Shown here in pieces: positions 38,836-49,005 of a DNA stretch of 64,000 bases. The notes beneath the pieces were generated by a model. That model did not search any database, was not told where the DNA came from, and saw only the letters and a list, made by a program, of their open reading frames with translations. The stretch is from positions 1,632,001 to 1,696,000 of the forward strand of contig OZ245365.1 in NCBI GenBank assembly GCA_965226495.1, given 5' to 3'. Position 1 is the first letter of the stretch. Each line of letters starts with the position of its first letter. A program made the position numbers and the translations under genes. The DNA is from Candidatus Marinacidobacterales bacterium. GTDB lineage: Bacteria; Acidobacteriota; Vicinamibacteria; Marinacidobacterales; DATDRI01.

Positions 38836-39816
38836 GTGAAGGTCCTGGTTACGGGAGCAAGCGGGTTTACGGGTAGTCACCTCGTCAGGCTCTTGACCGA
38901 GGCCGGCCACCAGGTTCGTGTACTCGTTCGTCCTTCGAGTCGGCTGGACTTGTTGGAGGGGCTCGCGACGGAGCAGATTCAGGGGGATCTTACCGATGCA
39001 GAAGGCATCCGCCGCGCCGTCGCGGGCACCGAGCGCATCTTTCACCTCGCCGCGTTGTACCGTGAGGCCAAGCTCCCGGATCGGGTTTACTACAACGTCA
39101 ACGTCGAAGGGACGCGGCGTCTAGCCGAGGCGGCTCTCTTGGAAGGCGGCGTGCCGCTCATCTATTGCAGCACTTGCGGAGTGCACGGGGAAGTGGCCGA
39201 GCCTCCCGCAGACGAGGAAGCCCCTTACAATCCTGGGGATATCTATCAAGAAACCAAGGTGGAGGCGGAAAAGCTGCTCCTTTCGATGAATCGGGAGCGG
39301 GGACTTCACGTCGTCATCCTGCGACCGGTTGGAATCTATGGACCGGGAGACCGGCGCTTGCTAAAACTGTTTCGCGGGATCGCCCGCGGCCACTTTCCCA
39401 TGATTGGAAAGGGTGACGTCTTCTACCACCTCACGCATGTCGAGGACGTGGCCCGGGGTTTCATGCGTGCCGCCGAAGTCTCATCCGCGAATGGGAAGGC
39501 CTTTATCATCGCGGGTGCGCGCTACACGACCATCAACGAGTTGATCGAGATCATCGCTGGTGCCGCCAATGTCTCTCCGCCCAGATTGCGGCTTCCCGCC
39601 GGACCGATGTATGCCGCCGCGGTCGTCTGCGAAGGCATTTGCCGCCCTCTCGGTATTGAGCCACCGCTTTACCGTCGCCGCCTGGATTTTTTCCTGAAGC
39701 ATCGGGCCTTCAAGATCGACAAGGCTCGGGACGAGCTAGGGTGGAATCCGGAGGTCGACTTGGAGCAGGGGGTTCGCCAGACGCTTGACACCTACCGCTC
39801 GCAGGGCTGGCTTTAG
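38836..39816 (+). CDS. NAD-dependent epimerase/dehydratase
   Basis: VTGASGFTGS, FHLAA, YQETK (YxxxK) and IYGPGD motifs. Confidence 0.9.
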   Translation: MKVLVTGASGFTGSHLVRLLTEAGHQVRVLVRPSSRLDLLEGLATEQIQGDLTDAEGIRRAVAGTERIFHLAALYREAKLPDRVYYNVNVEGTRRLAEAALLEGGVPLIYCSTCGVHGEVAEPPADEEAPYNPGDIYQETKVEAEKLLLSMNRERGLHVVILRPVGIYGPGDRRLLKLFRGIARGHFPMIGKGDVFYHLTHVEDVARGFMRAAEVSSANGKAFIIAGARYTTINELIEIIAGAANVSPPRLRLPAGPMYAAAVVCEGICRPLGIEPPLYRRRLDFFLKHRAFKIDKARDELGWNPEVDLEQGVRQTLDTYRSQGWL

Positions 39817-39825
39817 ACCGTTAGA

Positions 39826-40623
39826 ATGAGTGTCATGGCGTCGCCTGCGAGCTCCGATCGGAAGAACGATCCACGGATCGGCGTTGCGCAGCAAGAGCTG
39901 TTCGACGAGAACAAGAGCAAAGTCACGAAATACAGCGAGTTCGTCGTCGGAAGGAGCGGTGTTCTGCCCCTCCTGGGCTACGAATTCGTGACGATGATGT
40001 CGTCGTGGGTTCCGGGAGCCTTAGGGTTGTTCTTGAGAAGCAAACTCTACCCGCTGCTACTCGGGTCGTGCGGGCGCAACGTGACTTTCGGGCAAAACGT
40101 CGTCCTGCGCCATCCTCACAAGATCCGCATCGGCTCGAACGTCGTGGTGGACGACAATTGTCTGCTGGATGCGAAAGGGCTCGATAATCGCGGCATCGAC
40201 CTGGAAGATGGTGTCTGGGTCGGTCGCAATACGATCCTTTCCTGCAAGAACGGCAACATTCGCCTCGGGGAGAAGGCCAACGTCGGTTTCAATTGCGAAA
40301 TCGCCGCCGCGGGCGACGTTCGCATCGGGAAACAGGTGCTCCTGGCGGCCTATGTCTATATCGTCGGTGGCGACCACCTGCACGAGAGAACGGATGTCCC
40401 GGTAGCCGAGCAAGGCCGAACCGCACAGGGACTGGCAATTGAGGATGGCGCCTGGGTCGGGGCCCACGTTGTCGTTGCCGACGGGGTTCGAATTGGTAAA
40501 CATGCTATTATTGGGGCCGGCGGTGTAGTTCTCGAGGACGTTCCCGATTACCACATTGCAGGTGGAGTACCGACGCGGCTCCTTCGGGATCGCCGGGACG
40601 CCTCTGCGGACGACGCCAGTTAA
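39826..40623 (+). CDS. Hexapeptide-repeat (LbH) acyltransferase
   Basis: I-G-x-N-V type repeats, IEDGAWVG and AGGVP motifs. Confidence 0.88.
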   Translation: MSVMASPASSDRKNDPRIGVAQQELFDENKSKVTKYSEFVVGRSGVLPLLGYEFVTMMSSWVPGALGLFLRSKLYPLLLGSCGRNVTFGQNVVLRHPHKIRIGSNVVVDDNCLLDAKGLDNRGIDLEDGVWVGRNTILSCKNGNIRLGEKANVGFNCEIAAAGDVRIGKQVLLAAYVYIVGGDHLHERTDVPVAEQGRTAQGLAIEDGAWVGAHVVVADGVRIGKHAIIGAGGVVLEDVPDYHIAGGVPTRLLRDRRDASADDAS

Positions 40624-40634
40624 TCGCTAATCAA

Positions 40635-41795
40635 ATGTTCGGAACCAAGAATTACGTCGGCAAGCTTCTGAGGCGCAGTGTGCCCTCGGTGCCCATGGAC
40701 TTCGTGAAGACGCAAGTGGTGGGGCGTTTCAAGCCGATCCCTCCCGTGGTCTTGATCCTAAACGTGTCCTACAAGTGTGACTCCAAGTGCGTGATGTGCA
40801 ATTCTTGGAAAATGCCGTATCACGACGACCTGACTACCGACGACTACCGCAAGGCCTTCGCGAGCGACCTCTTTCGTTCCATCGAGTACGTAGGTATCAC
40901 CGGTGGCGAACCGACCCTTCGGCGAGACATGGTGGATCTGGTTCGCATCATGAGCGACAACATGCCTCGGCTCCGCAAGATGACCCTCAATACGAACGGC
41001 TTCGTCACCGAGAGAGTCGTCCCCGTTCTCGAGGGAATCATCGACGTTGCTAACGAGCGCGACTTCCTGTTCGGCACCCGGGTCAGCCTCGATGGTGTGG
41101 GTGATGCCCACGAGAACATTCGCCGGGTCTGGAACGCCTTCGATCGCTCGATGAAGACGGTTCGAGCGATGCAAGAGCTTCAGAAGAAGAAGTTTTTCAA
41201 CTTCGGCATCTCGTACACGTTCACCTCCCAGAACATGGACGAAGGGGACAAGATCTACGATTTTTGCAAGAAGGAAGACCTGGACGTCGTTTTCTCAATC
41301 GCCCGTTACTCGGAGCTGGCCTTCGGCAACATGGATCTCGTGGAGTCCACCGAGCTCAAGCCAGGGGACTTCCCGCGGCTCACCAAGTTTTTCCGGGAGC
41401 GGGTTCGAGAGTCGGGGCCGCTGGATGGAGATGCGCTGCTCTACCAGGCCTACGCCAAGATGTTCAGCAACGGAATGCGCCGCACGATGCCCTGCCCGTC
41501 CATGGATCAAGGCGTTCTTCTCAATCCGAACGGGGACCTCCACTACTGCGAGAACAGCTCCAAGATCGGTAACGTGCGCACCGACGATCCGGCCAAGTCC
41601 TACTACGATGCCTCCAACCTTGCTCAGAGGCAGATGGTCATCGACAAGATCTGCCCGTCTTGTGCTAGCCCGTGCTTCGTGAACGCCGCGGCGATGAAGC
41701 AAGTCTTCCCCTACCTCAAGTTCCTGGTGGAGTTGGGGGGAGAGAAGATTGCCTCTCGTTTCAGCAATCCCGCCAAGTCCAGCGCTTCTCCATAG
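40635..41795 (+). CDS. Radical SAM protein with SPASM/twitch domain
   Basis: CDSKCVMC (CxxxCxxC), ITGGEP, NTNG, SLDG; C-terminal C..C..GN..CxxCxxxC. Confidence 0.9.
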   Translation: MFGTKNYVGKLLRRSVPSVPMDFVKTQVVGRFKPIPPVVLILNVSYKCDSKCVMCNSWKMPYHDDLTTDDYRKAFASDLFRSIEYVGITGGEPTLRRDMVDLVRIMSDNMPRLRKMTLNTNGFVTERVVPVLEGIIDVANERDFLFGTRVSLDGVGDAHENIRRVWNAFDRSMKTVRAMQELQKKKFFNFGISYTFTSQNMDEGDKIYDFCKKEDLDVVFSIARYSELAFGNMDLVESTELKPGDFPRLTKFFRERVRESGPLDGDALLYQAYAKMFSNGMRRTMPCPSMDQGVLLNPNGDLHYCENSSKIGNVRTDDPAKSYYDASNLAQRQMVIDKICPSCASPCFVNAAAMKQVFPYLKFLVELGGEKIASRFSNPAKSSASP

Positions 41796-41799
41796 CTAA

Positions 41800-43683
41800 A
41801 TGTGTGGCATCGCCGGGGTCATCCCACGCGACCCGGCCAAACTTCCCGATCGTCAGGAGATCGACCGTATGGTCGAGCGACTCCACCACCGCGGACCGGA
41901 CGACGTGGGCGTCGTCACTTTGCCGGGGGTGGGTCTCGGGCTGAAACGACTGTCCATCATTGACGTCGCGGGTGGACGTCAACCCCTCAAGAACGAAGAC
42001 GGCTCCGTTGCCTTCGTCGGCAACGGCGAGATTTATAACTACCGTTCTCTTCGCGAAGAGCTCATCGCCCAGGGCCATCGCTTTGCCACTGGCTCCGACA
42101 TGGAAGTCATCGTGCACGGCTACGAGTTGTGGGGTGACGGCGTGGTCAACCGTCTCAACGGCCAGTTTGCCTTCGCCCTTTGGGACGGACCCCGGCAGCG
42201 ACTGCTGGCGGCACGGGACCGCGCGGGTGAGAAACCCCTTTACTACTTCGAAGGTGTCGATGACATCGTCTTTGCGTCCGAGATCAAGGCGATTCTCACC
42301 AGGACCGACATTCCCCGGCAGTTGGATCTCGAGGGCCTGGATACGTTCCTTACTTACGAGTTCATCGTCGCTCCTCACACGATTTTCCAAGGAATCAAGA
42401 AGCTTCCCGCCGCACATCTACTGACGGTTGAGAGAGGAAAGGTCGCAATCGAACCGTACTGGGATGTGCCCACGGCAACCAAGGATGATCAGACCGAGGC
42501 AGAATGGGCGGAAGAGCTCCGGGCAACGCTCGGGCGGGCGGTCGAGTCTCAAATGATGAGCGACGTGCCGCTCGGTGCGTTCTTGTCGGGTGGAATCGAT
42601 AGCAGCGCTGTCGTGGCGTTCATGGCGCAGGCTTCCGAGCGACCGGTCAAGACGTTCTCGATCGGTTTCGCGGAAGGAAGCTACGACGAGACAAGATATT
42701 CGAGGGAGATTGCACGACTTTTCAAGACCGAGCATCGTGAAGAGCGGATCGAGCCACGCGTGGAAGATCTCTTCGACAAGCTCGTGGTGCATCTGGACGA
42801 GCCGTTCGCTGATGTATCGCTCTTTCCGACTTTCCTAGTCAGCGAAGTTGCTACCCAAGACGTGAAGGTCGTATTGTCCGGCGACGGCGGCGATGAGCTC
42901 TTCGCCGGTTACGACTGGTATCAAGCCGATCGTATCGCTCGAACGCTGGAGCGTTACTCTGGCCAGGCCGGTCTCCGCGCGTTGGCGGCGGTCAGCGAGC
43001 TCCTTCCTCCGACCGAGAAGAAGAAGGGCTTCATCAACAAGGCAAAACGTTTCCTTGCTGGCGCGACGGCGCCCGCGAGCCTTGAACATTATCGCTGGAT
43101 GACGCACCTCGGTGCCGATGAGAAGCAAGAGATTTATACCGATGAGTTCATCGCCGGCTTGGCGTCATTCGATCCCGCTGCTCCCGTTCTTCGCAGCCTC
43201 GGCTCCCCGCGGGAAGACTTGCTCAATCGGCAGCTCTATGCCGACTTCAAGATTTTTCTGGCCGACGACATTTTGGTGAAGGTCGATCGCATGAGCATGG
43301 CCACCTCGCTCGAGGCGAGGGCTCCTTTCTTGGATCGGGACGTCATCGAGCTGGCCTTTCGAATGCCGGGCAGCTTGAAGCTTCGTGGCAATACGAGAAA
43401 GCACATTCTCAAGGAAGCCATGAAGGGTATCTTGCCCGAATCCATTCTTCATCGCCGCAAGGAAGGCTTCAGCATCCCGATGAAGAACTGGCTGCGGCGA
43501 GAGCTTCGCCCACTGATGCAGGAGCTACTCTCCGAAGAAAGAGTTCGTCGTCGCGGTCTCTTCCGCTGGCCCGCCATCGAACGCCGCATCGCGGAGCATC
43601 TAGCGGGTCGAGCCAATCACGCCCACCAGCTATTCCCGTTGATGGTCTTCGAGCGTTGGGCCGGAGAGTTCCTCGACCAGTAA
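41800..43683 (+). CDS. asnB: Asparagine synthase (glutamine-hydrolysing) family amidotransferase
   Basis: MCGIAG, HRGPD, RLSIID, NGEIYN, LSGGIDSS, SGDGGDE and KVDRMSM motifs. Confidence 0.93.
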   Translation: MCGIAGVIPRDPAKLPDRQEIDRMVERLHHRGPDDVGVVTLPGVGLGLKRLSIIDVAGGRQPLKNEDGSVAFVGNGEIYNYRSLREELIAQGHRFATGSDMEVIVHGYELWGDGVVNRLNGQFAFALWDGPRQRLLAARDRAGEKPLYYFEGVDDIVFASEIKAILTRTDIPRQLDLEGLDTFLTYEFIVAPHTIFQGIKKLPAAHLLTVERGKVAIEPYWDVPTATKDDQTEAEWAEELRATLGRAVESQMMSDVPLGAFLSGGIDSSAVVAFMAQASERPVKTFSIGFAEGSYDETRYSREIARLFKTEHREERIEPRVEDLFDKLVVHLDEPFADVSLFPTFLVSEVATQDVKVVLSGDGGDELFAGYDWYQADRIARTLERYSGQAGLRALAAVSELLPPTEKKKGFINKAKRFLAGATAPASLEHYRWMTHLGADEKQEIYTDEFIAGLASFDPAAPVLRSLGSPREDLLNRQLYADFKIFLADDILVKVDRMSMATSLEARAPFLDRDVIELAFRMPGSLKLRGNTRKHILKEAMKGILPESILHRRKEGFSIPMKNWLRRELRPLMQELLSEERVRRRGLFRWPAIERRIAEHLAGRANHAHQLFPLMVFERWAGEFLDQ

Positions 43684-43715
43684 GCTGTACCAACGAAGTT
43701 GGTACCACCTCTGTT

Positions 43716-43771
43716 ACCTCTCCCCCGACCGCGGGGGAGAGGTCGTCCGCCGAAGGCGGGCGGGTGAGGGG
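43716..43771 (-). repeat. REP-like double palindrome (CCCCTCACCC...CTCTCCC family)
   Basis: Minus strand CCCCTCACCCGCCCGCC-TTCG-GCGGACG ACCTCTCCCCCG..CGGGGGAGAGGT; related to 18272-18303. Confidence 0.7.
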
Positions 43772-43870
43772 CTCGTGGATAGCGGCGATGAGGTTCAGTA
43801 TCGACTTCATTGTTACAGTCCACCGGTCGTCTAACTCAACTGCTCGAACACCTCCTGCCCGTTGTTCCTG

Positions 43871-43899
43871 GGAACTTCTGCGCTCGTGCGGTGTCCATA
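43871..43899 (+). promoter_or_regulatory. Possible ECF (RpoE-type) promoter of the tonB-like gene
   Basis: GGAACTT-16 nt-TCCAT. Confidence 0.4.
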
Positions 43900-44014
43900 G
43901 AATAGAGCGGAGTTGAAGGATTCGCTCACCGCCAAACTGGCCGCGGCCTCTTGATTTTCGGGCGAGCCACACTCGCTCGAGCTCGTAACTCCTTCGGAGA
44001 GGACAGGAGAGTCC

Positions 44015-44734
44015 ATGGCCGTAACATTTTGTCTGTCAGCGGAAACCCTTCGCCCCAATCGCTCCCGCGGAGCGTCCCTGGCCAGCCTCTTGACGGCCGG
44101 CTTACTTCAAACCGTTGCCGGCGCGTTGCTCGTCGTTCTGCCCTTGCTAGGTGCACCTGCGCTTCCCGAGCCCCATCGGTCTCCTCCCCCGTTCATACTC
44201 TTCGTGAAGCCGGCACCGCCTCCGGCGGCTCGGGAGTCGGCACCACGAGAACGAGAGAAGATCCCCACGATTTCGGCGCACGGAAGCCGGCGATTCTTGG
44301 CACCGGCCGACATCCCGCTCGGCATCCCCGACGAGATCGGCGGCGAACCAGAAGGACTGGGTGTCGAGGGTGGTCTTCCCGTCGGTCTGGGAGCCGAGAT
44401 CGTGTTTCGCCTACCACCGGGAAGACAGGAACCCAGCAAGCCGGTGAGACCGGGCGGGGACATCAAACCGCCGAGGAGAATCAAATACGTCGTGCCGATC
44501 TATCCTGAGCTAGCCAAGAAGGCCCGCGTCGAAGGCATCGTCATCTTGGAAGCCATCATCGATCCAAGCGGCCAGGTCAGTAACCTTAGGGTGTTGCGAT
44601 CCGTACCGCTGCTCGACGATGCCGCTTTGAGCGCGGTCCAGCAATGGCACTATGAGCCGACCCTGCTAAACGGCGTGTCCGTTCCAATCGTGATGACCGT
44701 GACCGTGCAATTCGAGCTCGCCCGCGGCAGGTGA
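44015..44734 (+). CDS. Energy transducer TonB family protein
   Basis: TM, Pro-rich linker, P.YPELAKKARVEG.V.L.A.I...G.V and LD.AA..AV.QW.Y.P motifs. Confidence 0.88.
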   Translation: MAVTFCLSAETLRPNRSRGASLASLLTAGLLQTVAGALLVVLPLLGAPALPEPHRSPPPFILFVKPAPPPAARESAPREREKIPTISAHGSRRFLAPADIPLGIPDEIGGEPEGLGVEGGLPVGLGAEIVFRLPPGRQEPSKPVRPGGDIKPPRRIKYVVPIYPELAKKARVEGIVILEAIIDPSGQVSNLRVLRSVPLLDDAALSAVQQWHYEPTLLNGVSVPIVMTVTVQFELARGR

Positions 44735-44741
44735 ATCGACC

Positions 44742-47267
44742 TCACCGAAAGTACACGGTGGGCCCGGGCGTGCCGTAAGTGCGTGCGCGGACGTGCAAGT
44801 GCCGGTTGAAGAGTTCCGTATCGAGATCCAAGTACTGGGTTTGTCGCCAAATACGTAGCTTCATATCGTGAACCCGTCGGCGAAACGCCCGGATCGCGTC
44901 GTATTGCTCCATCGACCGCACGCGCCAGCCATCGAGCCCGACAATCACGTCGCCGCCACGCAGGCCGGCTTTGTCGATCGCCGAGCTCTTCCCGTCGAGC
45001 AGTAGTCCGCCTCGAGGAGGCTCGGCGTCATGCTCCTCCGGGAGCGGCTCGAGACCCGTCGGGAAGACTTTTCCTGCCAGTCGCTCGAGTTTCTCTCGAT
45101 AGGCTTCACGACCTTCCCCATGGGTCATCCGATAGTAGAACCCGAGAAGTGGATAGGACGCCGGGTCCTCGGAGTCGTATCGCTCTCCGTTTTTCCTGTA
45201 CCAGGATTCCGCTTGGGCGGGTCGACCCAGGCGTTCGTACAAACTCGCCAGCGTCGTCAACCCGCCCGAGCAGTAGGTCTCGGCGACCATCTCCGCGGTC
45301 TTCATCGCCTCGGTTCGGCGACCTTGGTCGAAGTAATAATGGACCAGCCATTCGCAGCTGTTGCACAGATAGATGCGGTCGGGGGCTTCGCGTACGGCCT
45401 GTTCGAACGCGGCTGCAGCCTCGTCATCCCGCCCGGCCCGCACGAGTGACCATCCGAAGCCGATGCACTCGTTAGCATCGAGAGTGCACATTTTCTCGTA
45501 AAGCAGTGTCTCGTCTTCGGCCTCGTCGCCGAGGGCATCGCGCATCCAATAGAGAGCGCCGAGATCGAAATCGACCCGGTCACCGAGCTCTCCCTCGATC
45601 TGTTCGGCCGTCGGTTTCTTCCGCTCCAGCCGTTGCATCAACACGTAGAGGAAGGAACGGTGACGCGGCGCAACCTCGCGGAGAGCCTCGAGGGCCTGGT
45701 CTTGCTTGACGGACGGTCCGATGGCACGCAAACGCGCCCACGTATCGAAAACCGTCGTCACTAGGATGCCTCGGGAAAACCAGGCATCCCCTCGCGGCAT
45801 GCTCAACCTTCTCACCATGAGGGAAGTGGTGTCGGCCATGTACTGCCAGTTGTTGGCGTTGACGAGCTCGGGCTTTCTGCGCGTGAGATTAATCGTGCCG
45901 TCCATCCCCTCGATGTCTTCGACATAGGCACCGGTCCGACGGGTTCGGTGTACCCGCACGATGGGGTAAAGCGTTAGTCCTTCGAAGAGGTTATCCGCCT
46001 GCGCCCCGTGACCCTCCGCCCAGTCCGGGCGCCCCACCACACTTCGCATATGCTCGTCCGAGAGCGCCAACAGCCCACAGATGTGCCGTTGGAAGAAAGC
46101 GGCCCAGGTACCCCATCCTATGACCCGCGGTCCCTCCGAGGTGACGCAGCGTTCCGCCGGCTCGTTCAATCCATCGATGATGGCGCCGGGTGTCATGGGG
46201 CGCTCACGCGAAAGAGTCCACACCTCCTCGAACTCTGCGAGCTCCCGTTCCAGTTGAGAGCTGATGAAGCGGTTATCGCTGGCTGCACCGCTGTACCTCC
46301 AGCTCACGATCCGGCTCCAATCCGCCTGGCCCCCGCGAACCTCGGCGCCCATTCTCTTGGCAGCCGTGGTGGAGTCGACGGTGACGGTCAATGCGCGAAA
46401 CCGTTTCATGCTCTCGAATAGAGTGTCCGGCTCGTCGGTGGACCGCCGCCAATCGTACGTGGAATGCATGTACAGCCCATTGACCCATGATGCGGATACT
46501 GGCGTTGCGTTTTCGGAGAGCCGACCGAGCGCTGCAAGCGCTTCCTCCTGGCGACCGAGAATCACGAGGTGCGTCGCCTCAGCGAACTCTCCGGTGAGGC
46601 TGCGGGGCACCGGACCCGACAGAGCGCGCGCCATGGCGAGATGGGCCGTGATCCGGCAACGCACCTGCCGCAAGTCCCCGAACCGATACGAAGCCTCCCG
46701 TAGTGCGAAGGCACCGAGAAGAAGAGCCGCCTCTTCGTGGGCCTCGGCATCTAGCATGTTCGACGCGAGTCGCGACGAGACCCGCTGGTTCTCGGTCTCG
46801 ATGACGCTCGGAAGGGGCTCGAGGAGTCTTTCGAGCAGCGAGGAGTCCTCGACACTCGTGGAGGCTGAAGGGCTCTGTGCATTCGATCCCAGTAGGGCGC
46901 GGGCCAGCTCCGCGTAGTTCTGCGGATTCCAGAGAGAGCCCTCGAGGACAAGCTCTCGCGAAACCGAATCAGAGCTGCCTCGAACAGAAACCTCAACGCG
47001 CACGAGCGGGAGCGGTTCGTTGTCTACCGCGACACGCTCGACAGAAATCGAGACATCATTAATATTGCCCTGCTGCGAATACGCAGCCATCTCGACGATG
47101 TCGCGCACGATCTCATCGAGGAGCCAATCCTCTTCGGTCGCAAAACGAGACTTGAGCGAGGCGGGCGTACCCCCCATGCGCGAGCCGACGCGATCGTAGA
47201 CGTAGAATCCGAGCACGCCCCCGAGGACGAGCAAGAGGATTATCCCGACGAGACTTCTCTTCGTCAT
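44742..47267 (-). CDS. Large membrane-anchored hypothetical protein with TPR-like repeats and a C-terminal PDZ-like domain
   Basis: N-terminal TM; helical AAAAFEQAV and LASLYERLG..AE.WY segments; KAGLRGGDVIVGLDGWRV PDZ motif. Confidence 0.75.
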   Translation of the reverse strand: MTKRSLVGIILLLVLGGVLGFYVYDRVGSRMGGTPASLKSRFATEEDWLLDEIVRDIVEMAAYSQQGNINDVSISVERVAVDNEPLPLVRVEVSVRGSSDSVSRELVLEGSLWNPQNYAELARALLGSNAQSPSASTSVEDSSLLERLLEPLPSVIETENQRVSSRLASNMLDAEAHEEAALLLGAFALREASYRFGDLRQVRCRITAHLAMARALSGPVPRSLTGEFAEATHLVILGRQEEALAALGRLSENATPVSASWVNGLYMHSTYDWRRSTDEPDTLFESMKRFRALTVTVDSTTAAKRMGAEVRGGQADWSRIVSWRYSGAASDNRFISSQLERELAEFEEVWTLSRERPMTPGAIIDGLNEPAERCVTSEGPRVIGWGTWAAFFQRHICGLLALSDEHMRSVVGRPDWAEGHGAQADNLFEGLTLYPIVRVHRTRRTGAYVEDIEGMDGTINLTRRKPELVNANNWQYMADTTSLMVRRLSMPRGDAWFSRGILVTTVFDTWARLRAIGPSVKQDQALEALREVAPRHRSFLYVLMQRLERKKPTAEQIEGELGDRVDFDLGALYWMRDALGDEAEDETLLYEKMCTLDANECIGFGWSLVRAGRDDEAAAAFEQAVREAPDRIYLCNSCEWLVHYYFDQGRRTEAMKTAEMVAETYCSGGLTTLASLYERLGRPAQAESWYRKNGERYDSEDPASYPLLGFYYRMTHGEGREAYREKLERLAGKVFPTGLEPLPEEHDAEPPRGGLLLDGKSSAIDKAGLRGGDVIVGLDGWRVRSMEQYDAIRAFRRRVHDMKLRIWRQTQYLDLDTELFNRHLHVRARTYGTPGPTVYFR

Positions 47268-47279
47268 GTCGGGGTCTCT

Positions 47280-48080
47280 CTACTTGAGGGCGATCTCTTT
47301 TCGCTGGAAGACGAGAGTACCCGCGATCACCGCAGCGAGCGCATAGAGTGTGTTCTCCAAGAACACTGCACCGTACAGGCCGTAGTTCGGTGAAAGGATC
47401 CCGGTGACCAGGCCTCCTTCCAAGAGACCATCCGGAATACGAGCGGGTGCCAGGAAATACCCAGCGTCAGCGATGATCTTCCAGGCCCCGCGAGAATACT
47501 CCGTGAATACCCAGGTAAAGCTTCGTAGGTAAAACAAGACGAGTGCAAAACCGCCCGCCAACACGGGATTGAAAACGCTCGAAAGGGCCATGCAGACGGC
47601 GCTCACGATAGCTAGTCGCAGCAAGAGCTCCGCGATACCGATTGCGAAGACGGTCGAGGGATAAAGCTCCCAGTACCAGCACAGCCCGATCCCCACCAAG
47701 GTGCCTGCGCCGAGGAACATGGCTAGGAACCCGAGGGTCCCCAGCCACTTCGCCAAGAAGAAGTGCCACCGCTCGACCGGTCGACTGAGCACGGAGACGA
47801 TGGTGCGGTTCTTGATTTCCGAAGAAATCGCGACCGAGCCCAGGAATACGGCGAGCACTGTGCTCCAGAATTCCATGATTCCGAAGAGCCCGAGGATCAA
47901 CTGACTGTGAAACTGAGCGCGTGCCTCGATCTCCCCGGGCGCGTCCGCCATGTCCATATAAACCATGCCGTAAAGGGCCTGGGCCCCGAAGAGCAAAGCG
48001 ACGAAGAGAAGGATGTAGGTGATCTTGCGGCGGAGCGCCTCTTCCCACGTATTGAGGGCGATCGTCCAAACGCTAGCCAT
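47280..48080 (-). CDS. ABC transporter permease
   Basis: IALNTW.EALR and EIKNRTI..VLSRPV.R..F.L.K.LG motifs; six TMs. Confidence 0.88.
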   Translation of the reverse strand: MASVWTIALNTWEEALRRKITYILLFVALLFGAQALYGMVYMDMADAPGEIEARAQFHSQLILGLFGIMEFWSTVLAVFLGSVAISSEIKNRTIVSVLSRPVERWHFFLAKWLGTLGFLAMFLGAGTLVGIGLCWYWELYPSTVFAIGIAELLLRLAIVSAVCMALSSVFNPVLAGGFALVLFYLRSFTWVFTEYSRGAWKIIADAGYFLAPARIPDGLLEGGLVTGILSPNYGLYGAVFLENTLYALAAVIAGTLVFQRKEIALK

Positions 48081-49005
48081 CGGAGGAACCTCCTACGTGC
48101 TTCATGTAAAGATCCTCGAGCGATTGGGAGCGCCGTTTCAACGTGCCCACTTCCAACCCCGCTTCGGTCATCTGCTGCAAGAGCCTCCGCTTCTCGTCCA
48201 ACGAACAAACAAACGTGGCTTTACCCGGTTGCCGGTTCACCCGATTGAATCCGGCAGCGACCAGGGAATCCGACGAGGCGTCTTCGCCCAGCACTTCGAC
48301 TTCCCACAGCTCTTGATCCCCGGTGAGCCGTTCGATGTCCTCCGCAAGAACGACCTCGCCATTGCGGATCATCACCACCCGATCGCAGGTCCTTTCAACG
48401 TCGGAGAGAATGTGACTACTCAAGAAAACGGTTCGTTCTTGTGCTTTTTCCTCCAAGATGATCTCGGCGACCAGCTTCCGGCCCTCGGGATCGAGCCCGG
48501 TGGTCGGCTCGTCTAGGACTAGGAACTCGGGCTCGTGCAAGAGCGCCTGCGCGAGCCCCAATCGCTGCATCATCCCTTTGGAGAACGTTCCGACCTTTCG
48601 GTCCGCCGCTTCCATAAGCCCCAACCGGGCGAGCTGTTGATCGATGCGAGTCGCCCGCTCGCCGTCCGGTATGCCCGAGAGCTTCGCGTAGAAGGCCAAC
48701 GAGCGCCGAGCGGTATGGAACGGGTAAGTATGGAAGATTTCGGATTGGAACCCGAGTCTCCCCCGGGCTGCCTTGGACCCCGCGGGCTCCCCGAAGACCG
48801 CAATACGGCCCTCATCCGGTTTCAGGAAACCGAGGATGGAAAGAATGGTTGTCGTCTTGCCGGCTCCGTTGGGCCCGACGAATGCCACCACCGAGCCTCG
48901 ATGCACTTGAAGCGAGAGCTCATTGACGGCGCGCACCACCGGTCTTCGAAAACCCGAACGGTAGCTCTTGGTGAGCCCCTCGATTTCCAGGACCGGAGAG
49001 CTCAA
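48073..49005 (-). CDS. ABC transporter ATP-binding protein
   Basis: GPNGAGKTT, FSKGMMQR, LDEPTTGLDP and SSHIL motifs. Confidence 0.95.
   Translation of the reverse strand: MSSPVLEIEGLTKSYRSGFRRPVVRAVNELSLQVHRGSVVAFVGPNGAGKTTTILSILGFLKPDEGRIAVFGEPAGSKAARGRLGFQSEIFHTYPFHTARRSLAFYAKLSGIPDGERATRIDQQLARLGLMEAADRKVGTFSKGMMQRLGLAQALLHEPEFLVLDEPTTGLDPEGRKLVAEIILEEKAQERTVFLSSHILSDVERTCDRVVMIRNGEVVLAEDIERLTGDQELWEVEVLGEDASSDSLVAAGFNRVNRQPGKATFVCSLDEKRRLLQQMTEAGLEVGTLKRRSQSLEDLYMKHVGGSSDG

Noticed and set aside
38836-43683. Radical SAM/SPASM plus AsnB-like genes as a RiPP (lasso or ranthipeptide) cluster
   Set aside because: AsnB keeps its N-terminal Cys glutaminase domain, no precursor, RRE or protease is visible, and the neighbours are a sugar epimerase and an acyltransferase, which fits glycan modification.
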